A stretch of DNA of 64,000 nucleotides, from the NCBI GenBank assembly GCA_964106645.2, contig OZ067042.1; one strand, given 5' to 3'. This document shows positions 26,201-38,200 of this stretch, one piece after another. The notes under the pieces were generated by a model. That model worked only from the letters and a program-made list of their open reading frames with translations. It was not told where the DNA came from and ran no database searches. Position 1 is the first letter of the stretch, and each line of letters opens with the position of its first letter. The stretch comes from Podarcis pityusensis (taxonomy: Eukaryota). The position numbers and the translations under genes are program-made.

Positions 26201-29200
26201 GCGCTGTGGGTTAAACCACAGAGCCTAGGATTTGCCGGTTCAAATCCCCGCGACGGGGTGAGCTCCCTTTGCTCGGTCCCTGCTCCTGCCAACCTAGCAG
26301 TTCGAAAGCATGTCAAAGTGCAAGTAGATAAATAGGTACCACTCTGGCGGGAAGGTAAACGGCGTTTCCGTGCACCGTTCTGGTTCGCCAGAAGTGGCTT
26401 AGTCATGCTGGCCACATGACCCGGAAGCTGTACGCCGGCTCCCTCGGCCAATAAAGCGAGATGAGCACCGCAACCCCAGAGTCAGCCACGACTGGGCCTA
26501 ATGGTCAGGGGTCCCTTTACCTTTACCTTTAAGTGTACCTAGGATATCAGCCTGACCTAGACATATGTCTTTTCAGTTGAGAGCCATGTGCAATCCTTCA
26601 CATTTAAGTGGTAACAATGTGGGAACATCAAATCACCATTTGAAAAATCAGATCTTGCTGATCTGAAGATTGCATACTCACTCTTGTCAATATATCCCCA
26701 AAATGCAATATCTGAAGTATCTGTGGAAACAAAGGGGAGGTTGGTGCATGCCAGAGGCGCCAAGCTCTGCCCGACTTTGGGGAGGAGGCCCTTTGCGTGT
26801 GCATGACATCACACATGTGACACTCTGCGAGGAGGCCCAGTGAGATTAACCTCTGCTGTAGGTTTAGGCTAGCCAAGGTAACTCTCTCAGCCAATGTTTC
26901 TGATGTCTAGGGCATCCTAGGGACATGGTTCTACTTGTCAGACTTTTGTGCTTATATTCATATGCTGTGGTAACATAGCAGTCAGGTAACAGCCATAAAA
27001 TAAACATGCTGACATTGGCAATGTCGCTTGCCGTGGAGACTCAAGGATGACACAGACAGGCTGCTTTTGCTGCCTGAGTAAGCAAGGATGCAAGACATAC
27101 CAAGGATTTCAGACATGAGCAGGGCCCAAGTGTATTGCGTAGGCAGTTTTTTAAAGTCTCGGTGCAGTAAGGAATACTAAAGGAAGATCAAGCAGCCTAC
27201 ATGCCTATGCAAGCAGGATGACAACATTTATCAAGGTTCATGGCCATGTGCTTGAGGTCACAATTGAGCAACAAGCCAAATTAACACAGACGTCAGCAAG
27301 GAGAGTTTATGCAGACTCAGTCAGTTGTGGCAACGTTGTCCCTGCTTATATATGTAACTAGAGCTTGTTTCTAAGGTGAGAGGTTATTGTTCCTCTTCCG
27401 CAGGACTTTAGCAAGGCTATACATTACACAGATAACATGGAAAGCAGCCTGAATATTCTTGACTAGATGCCTCTATCAAGGAAAGGTGGAGCATCTTAAT
27501 ATACTCACTTCCCCTCATATTCTCCTGCATTCCTGATGTTGCAGCTGATGTTGAACTGTGCTTTGGGCTAGGAGTCACTGAGCTGGCTCTTTCCTTGATT
27601 GTTAGCTCCCATGTGATTTGAAACAAAACTGTCCAACTGTTAACTGAACTAGAAGCATAGAGTTGTATAGTTAGAATCCTGAGGCTCATGTAGTCCAACT
27701 GCAGGAATATGCAGCTGTCCCATGTAGGGATCAAACCTGCAACCTTGGCATTATCAGCACCACACTCTACCCAACTGAGCTATCCTAGGCTAATTGCTGG
27801 TTGGCTGGCTGGCTGGCTGCCTAAGACTATAAACTGTAAGCTGTTCTAGTAGTTCTATATGACTAGAATGGATTGGCAGTTGTAGCTTCCATTCGGGGCA
27901 TTGTTGACTCAAGTCATTTAAGTACTTAGCATCCTCCCTGTTTTGGCTGGTATCTCAAATCACCTGGCAATCCTACACAAATCGGAATGATGATACAATT
28001 CATCTGCAAAAAGCTCTCCAATCCTCCTGAGGGCTTATTCAGCACATGAACTGACTTGATGCTGAATTCTAGTATCCCAGTCAGAAATCTTTCCAGCGTA
28101 ATTCTGATTAACAAAGAGGCAATCTAGAATTTCCTCAGCCAGGAATAATTAACAACAGTCTGTTTTATTGATTAGGAAAATGGAACTGTGAAGAAGATCA
28201 TCAGCCAGATGACGCAGAATCTACTGATGACTCTTGCGGCACGCAATCAGTACCAGGAGATCAGAGAGAAGTTCCGCCAACCCGTGACTGACAAAGGCAC
28301 AATCCTTAAAACAAAGCCTCAGTCGTCACAGAAGGACATACTGAGTGTTTGCTGTGACCCACTTGTCCTTGCGCAGCAACTCACACACATTGAGCTGGTG
28401 AGTTCCTTTATCTTCCATCTACTTGAAGGTTTAGCAGGGCCAGGGCAAGCTGTTCTCCAGCCGAGCTCTGAGTTACAGCTTGAAGGTTTGAGAAAAGTGG
28501 CTTCTAGATATAAGAGAGACTGAAGGAAGAAGGGAGCCTGGCAATTACAGAGACAATGAACTCACTAGAGTTGGAGAGAGAAAAGACCACTTGCGACTGA
28601 TCACTTTCTCACTCCTGCAACCTCTTTTAGGAGATTCATTGCATTATCAAACTCTTGTTCCTGACTTGGAATATCTCAAGGGGGAAAAGGGAGGGGGAAG
28701 AGGAACCACAGTCAACGTCAGAAGCTCACCGTCTTCTAAATTGTTCAAATGAGTACTTCAGCCACTCAATCCATCCCTACATGCCACCAGGACTGGTTTC
28801 AAATGTCATCTCAGAGCAAGGCTAACACACCCAGAGCCTGGGAGAGACAAATGAAAGCAGAAATCTTTCCCAAGGACCACCTCTCTTAAAGGTCCAACCA
28901 CATATCTGCATTACTGTTCCCTGGTTCCCTGACCTGGAGTAAGGGATGCCAAATATTAACCTGGAAGCTCTGCTGGTGAATATGCAGCTGTGAAACCACC
29001 TGCCCCACTACATCAATGGTTATTTTGCCCACCATCACTCCTCTCTGCTGTACTGGGCAGCTAGAATCTGCTTGCTAGAGCAGAGAAGGAAAAAAGGGTG
29101 GAGAAAGGACCAATGGAGCAGCAGGGTGGGAAGACACTCTGCCACATGTCTTCTCACTGCTCTACGCCCTTACAGAACCTCCTGGTTAGCAACAAGCAAT

Positions 29201-32200
29201 CCAAGCTGATGCATTTCAAAAATTCATTCCTGCACTTTCCATAAGCACCAACGTACACTGCATACGCACAATGCATTTAAAGCTTGTGGTCCCCCAAAAG
29301 GAATCCTGAGAACAGTCATTTAAAGGTGCTGGGAATGGTAGTTCTGTGAGGGCCAAACTACAGATCCTGGGGTCTTTGGAGGGCAAGCAGTGTGCTTTAA
29401 ATGGATATTCACAGCCTTAGGCACAACTAGAATCTGGTCAGGCAGTGCTGAAAAATCTAGACAAAGAAAGGGGTAGCAAGAGAGAAAGCAAACTCTTAAG
29501 TATGCGTGCGACTCTGTGAAGCAGCATAAAGGTGTGTCTTTTACAGGACTCAAAGCCTATTCTGTTAAACAGATGTCAATTAAGATCTGGCCCGACAGGG
29601 CTGGCTGGCTGTCAATCCACAGCTCTCTGTTCCTCATATGTGTGCTTGCAAAATTGACGGCCTTTGCTATCTTGCTGTATCTAGGAGAGGGTGAGCAACA
29701 TTTACCCCGAGGACCTCATGCAAATAGTCAGCCACGTGGACTCCCTGGATAATCACAAGGTGCGTACAAAGTGTGAACGCAGTGGCAATTTGAAACAGGG
29801 CTACAGGTAACATTGTGTGCATGGCTTATAAAGGTGTTTAAAATTAAAGGCAAACTTAGCTTGTTTCTGTAACAGTTTAAGTGTTATAGTTTTCCCCAAA
29901 GAATCTTGAGCATTGTAGCTTGGTAAGGGCACGGTATGGGTTAGGATTAAGATCCTTGGCCAGAAATCCCTAGTCTACTATCTCCCACCCAGAACTACAG
30001 TTTCCAGGATTTCCTCAAGAAAGAGGATGACTGTTACAGCAGACTAAATCCATAGCACGGTGCCCTCCAGATATTTTGGACCGCAACTCCCATCAATCAC
30101 AGTCCTGTGGTGACTGGAGCTGACACGAGTTTTGGTACACAACAACTGGTGTAGACATTCCATCAATAGCTCCCTATGTTCCTATGGCACATACCAAGTT
30201 TTTGTACACCCGAGAATCGAATGTGAAGAAATAGGAAAATTATCACCTTCAGTATTTAGCTAGTTTCTTGAACTATCAAACCATCAAGCTGCACTTGGAT
30301 ATGGGAGAATAAAGAGGGGTGTACTCTAAGAGAGGGATAGCCAATGTGGTGCCATTCAGATGTTGCTGAACTCTCAACTCTCAGCAAGCTTGGTAAATGT
30401 TCAGGGATTGTGAGAGCTGAAGTCCAATATCATCTGTAAGGACCATATGGCTAGCTCTGCTCTAATAGGACAGCTCCTGTTAAATAAGCTGACTGCACTG
30501 ATTTCTTTGCTAGCTGAGGCTTTCAGTACATTTTAATATATTGTGCATACATATAGCATGACAGACGAAGGAGGCCTTTTTTGTTCATGCTTTATGAGAC
30601 TTAAGCATTGAGGATAAACAAACAAATTGCTGGATAAGACAATAGCCCCTATCACTGCCCCCAACCCCTTTGTCTCTTAGGTGCCCTGTGGATTTTATTC
30701 GGGTAGGAGGGAGAGAGATCCCTATTTGTGAGCTGCCACCTACACAGCTGGGAGAACATGTAAAGAGCACCTTATGTAGCAGTTCTTTTCTGCAAGTTAG
30801 CAATTATGGAATTCAGAGATCAAGGAAGTCTGCAGGGATATTGTACAAGACTGGGATCTGTCTAGACACAACAACAAGAAAAGATTAAATATCATAATTC
30901 ACACTAGTACTTATTATTTTGAGCCTCTTTCCTTAAAGTCCCCAGGTAGCAAAGTGTCATATGTTGTTGTTATTTTTTCAACCTTCCTTCAAGGTTAAAA
31001 GCAATTTGAAGTTTCTCAGTTACATACAGTGAGTTGAGTATGCCCACCTTAGCTATTGTTCCCTACTAGCATATAATGTTACTGAACATGCAGTCATCTC
31101 TTAAATATGACAAAATGGGTTTGGACAGTGTATTTTTCCCCCCGCTTGTCATTTCTAAACACTTATTGAAGACAATATGCAAATCCTTACTATTTTCACA
31201 AACACCCCAGGAGGAAAGCACGAGAAATATACACCCCTTTCTCTCTGAATGCTCTAAGTGGTTTCCCAGACAGCTGTCCAGACCAAAAATTCAGAATATA
31301 AAAGAGAACCAAAATTCTTATTTTTAATGGTGCACTTATAGCCAAAACAGTTGGCCATATTTGGGGTGTTCCCCTTCCACAATTATAATTGTGCAAGGGA
31401 GGAAACAACAGGGCCATGCTTCATGGCCTCACCCCTTCCTTAGGGGGTGTTGTTATTGCCCAGACTGTGCATCTCACACATTTGTACAATGTGGCTGCCC
31501 ACTTGTGGAATGTTCTCCCCAGGAAGTCTCGCCTGGCACCCTCATTACATATCCAACACCACATGGATACCACATGGGATGGGGGAGTTTGTTTGCCCCA
31601 TGTCGCCGTTGAATCGCAGCCTGGAGAGTGTGTCTGTCTTTGAAGCATGCAAGCTGAAGTCACTTGTGTGGAGATGCATGGGTGTCACTGGAAACAACCA
31701 TTTTTTTGCAAGCGCTCTGTACAGGCATAATTTACAACCTTTCTTTTGCAGTGCCGAGGCGACGTTACTAAGACTTACACTCTGGAGGCATACGACAACT
31801 GGTTTAATTGCCTCAGCATGTTGGTGGCGACGGAGATTTGCAAGGCAAGTACTGACAAGGGAAATGTGCCAGCTACTCTTCCTTCACTCTCGCAGTTTTT
31901 GGCCCAACTCATTCCAAACTGCCTTGGCTGAAACTCTGTGTATCTTGGCCACCTCCCACCAAGTAACATCTCCTCTGGCTCAGGATGCATATGAATGCAC
32001 CCGCCCATGCAAAAATGCAATCCTTTACAGAATATTTGCTGGCACTTGAAGTCAGCTTCCATTTGTATTTTTTGCACCCATTCTCATCCTGTTCTGATTT
32101 GACTCACGCTGCGTAGCAAAAGCCCAATTCATACATTCCCCAAGCAGCATTACTGCTGCTTCACCTGGCTCCATCCCATGCGACGCTAATACTGTAGGAT

Positions 32201-35200
32201 GTAGTGATATCCCAGGAGGCTCCTTCATCACTGTACTTCCCCTTGAGTTCTAGCAGATGTGGCACTGCAAAGTCCCCTGTGACTTTTGCCTCCAACACAA
32301 TTCAGTGTGTCATATATTTCTGGAACTTTATGGGATGGGGGCTGTGGGAAACAGCAACCATGTTGCTCTGGAAATGTATGAACTGAACCACAGCGAGGGA
32401 ACAGGAATGGGTTTGGTCATATGAACACACATCATGCCTTGTGACGCGGGTGGCACTGTTGTCTAAACCACTGAGCCTCTTGGGCTTGCCCTGCAGAAGG
32501 TCGATAGTTCGAATCCCTGCAACAGAGTGAGCTCCCATTGCTCTGTCCCAGCTTCTGCCAACCTAGCAGTTTGAAAGCATGCCAGTGCAAGTAGATAAAT
32601 AGGTACCGCTGTGATGGGAAGGTAAACAGTGTTTCCGTGCGCTCTGGCTTCTGTCACGGTGTTCCGTTGCGCCAGAAGCGGTTTAGTCATGCTGGCCACA
32701 TGACCCGGAAAGCTGTCTGTGGAAAAACGCTGGCTTCCTCAGCCTGAAAGTGAGATGAGTGCCGCAACCCCATAATCACCTTTGACTGAGCTTAACCGTC
32801 CAGGGGTCCTTTACCTTTACCTTTTTACCTTTTACATCATGCCTTGTAACAAACAGTACCTCTTCGCTTTAGAATGAACAGTGTGTAGGTGTGGAGATGC
32901 AATAGTCTTTGTGGCTTCCAAGATGCAAGCTTCGCTTGATCTGCTTACAGTGCCAAACTAAAACATACAGCATGTGCCTCTTTCTCAAACTCCATATAAT
33001 AAAAAGGAAGGGAGAATTGTGTGCCTGTGACATGAAAGTATCTAGAGGTACTTAGAACAACCATTAGTGACTGAGAGCTGAATCACTTTCTTAGAGTTTG
33101 TGAAAACCCAATATAGAGAATATGTAGGCTTACCTCAACAGAAGTGTCTTCTCTGTATGCAAACAGGTGGACACCAACCGCACATAGGATTCGTAACATG
33201 TCAGAGTCTGACCGGAAGATGGAAATGTATCCCAAAACATCATCTTCCAGACGTACGAAATCAGTATGGTAGTGAAAAACTTACAGTGATAAATTTTGGA
33301 GTGCATTTTTCCAAAATTCTTAGAGTCATGTGACATAATCATGTGGTAGCATCCTTCCTGGATTATATCACTTTAGATTGCAGATAGGCAATGAGATTTT
33401 TGGATGCTCCACCATGTCAGTTAATTTTCTGCATGTAAAATCTTGCATGCTGGGAGAAAGGTTCTAGCATAGCCTCTCCCTACATGTGATTCCCTACAAG
33501 AAAAACATTTGTTAGCCCTCGGAAACAAAACTTGAAAAAATAATGCACAAAGCGAGCATTGATCCACTATCAACAAGGCTAGTGAACAGTGACTGATAAT
33601 TGTACCAAACCCATTAATTCTCAGAAGCTAATTACAAACAGCATAGGCAAAAATGCAACTCAGCAACACGTCATGTGGGAAGCAAATGTGTTTTTTAAAA
33701 AACATGGGGCAGTCATTTGGACAAAGCTAAGAATTTTAAAACCCTTTGTTTTCAGGGGGAGAGATTTAAGTGCATGCCTAAGTCTCCCACTTTAAATGAA
33801 AAATGTAAAGATATTTTTTCCCACTGTGGCAAACTGCAGTGGTGGCACCAGGATTCTCCTGGGAAAATGCTTCACTCGGGGGGGGGGGGGGGACACCTTG
33901 GACCTTCCTTGCAGTGAAGGAGAAGAAGGTGCATGGGGTGGAAGACATGTTCACTTTGCTAGGTGGTAGCATCAGGACTAGCAGCCAATAATGAGGTGAG
34001 CGGGGGTGAGGGGCCGGCAATTTTTCGCTGCCTTGTCTGAGACCGTTTTCTTGCTCTGCCTTAATAATTCTGCAAATGCTGTTGATTAGTCTCATTTCCC
34101 TGCAGATTTGAAGTGAGCTTAGTGCTTTACCTCAGGATATCTTATCAACAGTAACGTTAAAAAAAGCTGGATTATAAATCCTCAGTGCTATAGTGAAGCA
34201 AACCCCCTGCTTCCACCCTACCGAAGCACACCTCCCCTGGATGGAATATTTCCTATTTTCTACATTTGAGGACAGGATGTTTTAAATGTATTTGGTATTC
34301 CAGTCACCAAAACATTCTTTCTTTGCTTGACAAAATTTCCCCAATGCCTAGTTTCTTCCTACAGGATTCCAGCATCCATGGACATACAAAGTTTTCATGA
34401 TCTTCCAAAGATAATGGCTCTTTAAACAAAACAGGGATCTTAGATCACTATCACAAAGGCTTACTCTAAAAAAGGGGGGGAGGTGACTCAAATCAGGATA
34501 GAAGCATCAACACCTTTTCCACTGAAATACTCTTCCTCGAAGCCTTTTTTTTTAAAAAAAAATGTTGTTTGCTTGCGGGATTGCCATGACTCCATTGAGT
34601 AAATGCTACCCCACTTCTCCCATTCAAGGTTTGCATTTAAAATTTCAGGTTGTGAAGAAAAAGCAGCGGACAAGAATAGTGGAATTTTTCATTGATGTGG
34701 CAAGAGAGTGCTTCAACATTGGAAACTTTAATTCCATGATGGCCATTATCTGTGAGTACTCTTCCGCAAGGCACCTGTGGGCAGTGTGTGTGACAGCGTC
34801 AGTAGAATGAGGGTGTTTGAGTAGATGCAGCGTCCCGCTGAGAGTGCTGCACTCTGGATGACAAATGGGCATCAAAGATATTACCAAGTGAGTGTCTCCA
34901 AATAATTAACTGGTAAGCGGTGGGAGATCAAAAGAAGAGACAGGGGAAAGACAGGTAAAAGTAGTCTGCGCTTGCCAAAGAGACGAGCCACACAAGACCT
35001 TTTCGTGCGTTGCAGAATGGCAAATCAGAGTTTGATGTTCAAAGCATATTTGACGGAGAGGTACAACCAATCCTGGCTCCCTGGTGCGAGTGAGTCAGTG
35101 CATGTTTGCACAAGACAAGTGTGCCTCTTCTTGTCTACGTAATCTAGTGCACACTTAGAATATTTGAGGTGTATGCCTAATGTATAAATTGTCCTGATTA

Positions 35201-38200
35201 CATTAAAGGACACTTTGGGGGGGGATAATCAGAGATTATCCAAATCCTGAAAATGCAAACTTCTCCCAGCTTCAAAACTTTGGCACAGATGTAACAAAAG
35301 TGACCAAAAGTAGACACAGAATTGTTTTCTCAATAGCAAAATTTCCCTCCATCCTGCGTTAAAACATGCTTAAGGTACGCAACAGCCGTCTTAATTGGGA
35401 TTAAGCTAAGAAGAATTCCTGTCCTAGACTCAAAACTGGCATTGTCACTTGAAGAGGAAACACACATAGATGAAGGCTGTAGGGACACATTGTCAGCCCC
35501 ATTGGCAGGTGTCACATGACTGCTCCAGCCCCACCTTGCTTTAAAGTGCACTTTTGCAGCCAGCAGCCTTCTGTATTCATGGAGGTTCCCTGTGTGAGTT
35601 AGGCTTTTGGAAGATCGGGGTTTCCACCCACTGCAGAAGTACACTTTAAACATGCAAATGGGCTGGCAGCCCCAGTTAAGAGAGCTGCAACCCCAACTTA
35701 CAGATGTTCCCTCTTCAGGGAAGGGGGCTTAAGAATCCTGGTTAAGTGGGATGCCAGGTCAGTGCTGGTGCCAGTGCAGTGCTTAACCATAGACTGGGTG
35801 GCTAAGGAGGGATGCAGTCTGGAGAGGAGAGGAACGAGTGAGAAGGAGCATGTGATCCCATGGCCTGTTTCTGATCTTTGTTACATCTGCACTACACTCC
35901 TTTGACACAACTGCCTGCAGAAGTAGTGATTTGCAGTACATTGCACCAACAATACTGCTGGAAGCATCCTGACAGACATGCAGGGATGTTTTCAATGATT
36001 TGCTGAAAATTTTCCATTTGTTTTTTTCTTTCTCTATTTAGCGGGTATGAACTTGAGTCCTGTTGCCCGGCTAAAGAAAACTTGGTCCAAAGTCAAAACA
36101 GCCAAATTTGATGTGTTAGAGGTAATTACATCATCATCATTTATACACTGCTTTTTCCACGTGTCCCAAGTAGTTCACAACACAACAGCAAAAATCTGCA
36201 TCATTGCATTATTAGAACAGCCCAGAACAATTGATTTTAAAGCATGATAGTATTATCAAAATGAATGGTTTGGATTTTCCTAACATTATAGCACCATAAA
36301 TGGTTCATGCTTTGCCATGTACTGCCAGAAATGTACAGCTACAACATGCCATGTATTTCTTCCTTTTAAAAAAGTATTTAAAACTGTGTTTAGTAATTGT
36401 TCTCTGCCCATAGCCAGATAGTATGAATGAAGCTCAAAAGGTACACTATAAGAAGCTGAGTGAGAAACAACAAAGATAGCATGATCTGTCAAAAGCCATT
36501 GAATTTCTTCACAAACTTTAATTCAGTTTCAATAGAAAATAATATTTAAAAGTTCCCCAGTGCTCATCAGACATCTGCAGCTTTGCCCACATCTGGCTGG
36601 AACACTGCAGAGAAGGAATACATTGGTTCATCTTACTGAGCAATTGGGCAGAATAGTGCCTGTGCATCTTTAGTCCATAAGTAAAAGATCCTTCTTAAAA
36701 ACGGGAGCTGAACTTTCAGAGAAAGGACCTGAAATATCCCTAATTGTGGCCAGTACCCCCTCCTCCACCTCAGTCCCTGTGGTATCAGCCCTGTTTAAAC
36801 CCAAGTGATTCTCCTTTTGCCTTCATGATGTATATTCATCTCCAATTTAAGTCTGCCATCTGGTGGAGAGTGATGATCAATATTTAACCAGAGTAATCCC
36901 TGCCACAAACCTCTCGTTAATTTTTAAATAATTTGAAAACAAGCACAGCTTGGGAAGAGAGAAAGCAAGGAGGGCGAAATGGTTTGGAATATTTGAAAGA
37001 TATTGTTGGGGGCTTGTCCTGAATCACTGGAAATTTCACTAATATTCTGCCACTCTGGCCCTAAGTAGACCCTTGCAACAAAAACCAGTTGGTGAAAGAA
37101 GCAGATCCCACTTTCAAACAATAAAATATCAAAGCGGGAACAAAAATTGAACACATGATGTTTCTCTCCAAAGGCAATATTTAGTAATGCCTGATGACTT
37201 ATATGTGTGCACCCAACAAATCATAGGCAGTATCTTTCCCATCACTCCAGCACAAGGCTTTCCAGTGGGCAGAGTTCATATGTGCAGCTGTAGGTCTTCA
37301 GGTGTCAGGTAATCAAGTGATGTACATGGATGTGTGAACCAACCCTGAAAATCTCTGGATCACAACTCCCAGGTCAAATCCAAACCTGCCCATGCAGCGT
37401 ATAGGCAAGCACCCATCTCATACAGAACTCTCCATACTCCTTTGGTTCCTCAGAATGCAACCTGTCTAAAGGAATGAAATAGCACTTCCTCCAGTCTCAA
37501 GAAGGTTCTGTGGGGAGGATGTTTGTAATTATCAGATGCTGTAAGCAATAGGAATATGTCTAAATCTTTTTTTAAAGTCTTTTATAGGGGGGGGGGAACC
37601 GATCCTGAAGGAGAAGGAACAACTCACTTACCCCCATCCTGATCACTATAAAGCAAATTTTGTAAGCCTTTGTACTCAGAGGAATTCTAACAAATTCTCT
37701 TTTTGATCCAAACAGCATCACATGGACCCATCCAGCAACTTTTGCAATTACCGAACAGCCCTTCAAGGAGCAGCACAGAGATCGCAGACAGCACACAGCA
37801 GCAGGGAGAAAATAGTCATCCCCGTTTTCAACCTCTTCATTAAAGATATCTACTTTCTGCATAAAATACACACCAACCACTTGCCCAACGGACAGATCAA
37901 CTTCAAGGTACAGCTTGTTTTGCAGGCAGTGAATGAAGCAGTTGCACAGTGAGTGCTGCAGGCAGACAAAACATCCATGCAAAAGAACAGAACGCCATAT
38001 GTAGTCAGTGAGGCTTGCCACTTGGCCATTTTTATACTGATCTGTTTGCATTCTCTTCCTTCAGAATAGGTTTGTCACAGCTTGCTCACAGCCTCACGTT
38101 CAAGCAAGAGCAATTAACCAATCAGGGGCAGGGTGGGGGGGAATTGCATTTGAAGTGAGTGCATCTCGGCAACAACAAAAATTTGGGTTACTTGCTATCA

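Noticed and set aside
31447-32049. Longest ORF in the track (200 aa)
   Set aside because: It overlaps RASGEF1A exon 6 in a different frame plus a small L2 remnant, and shows no recognisable protein features.
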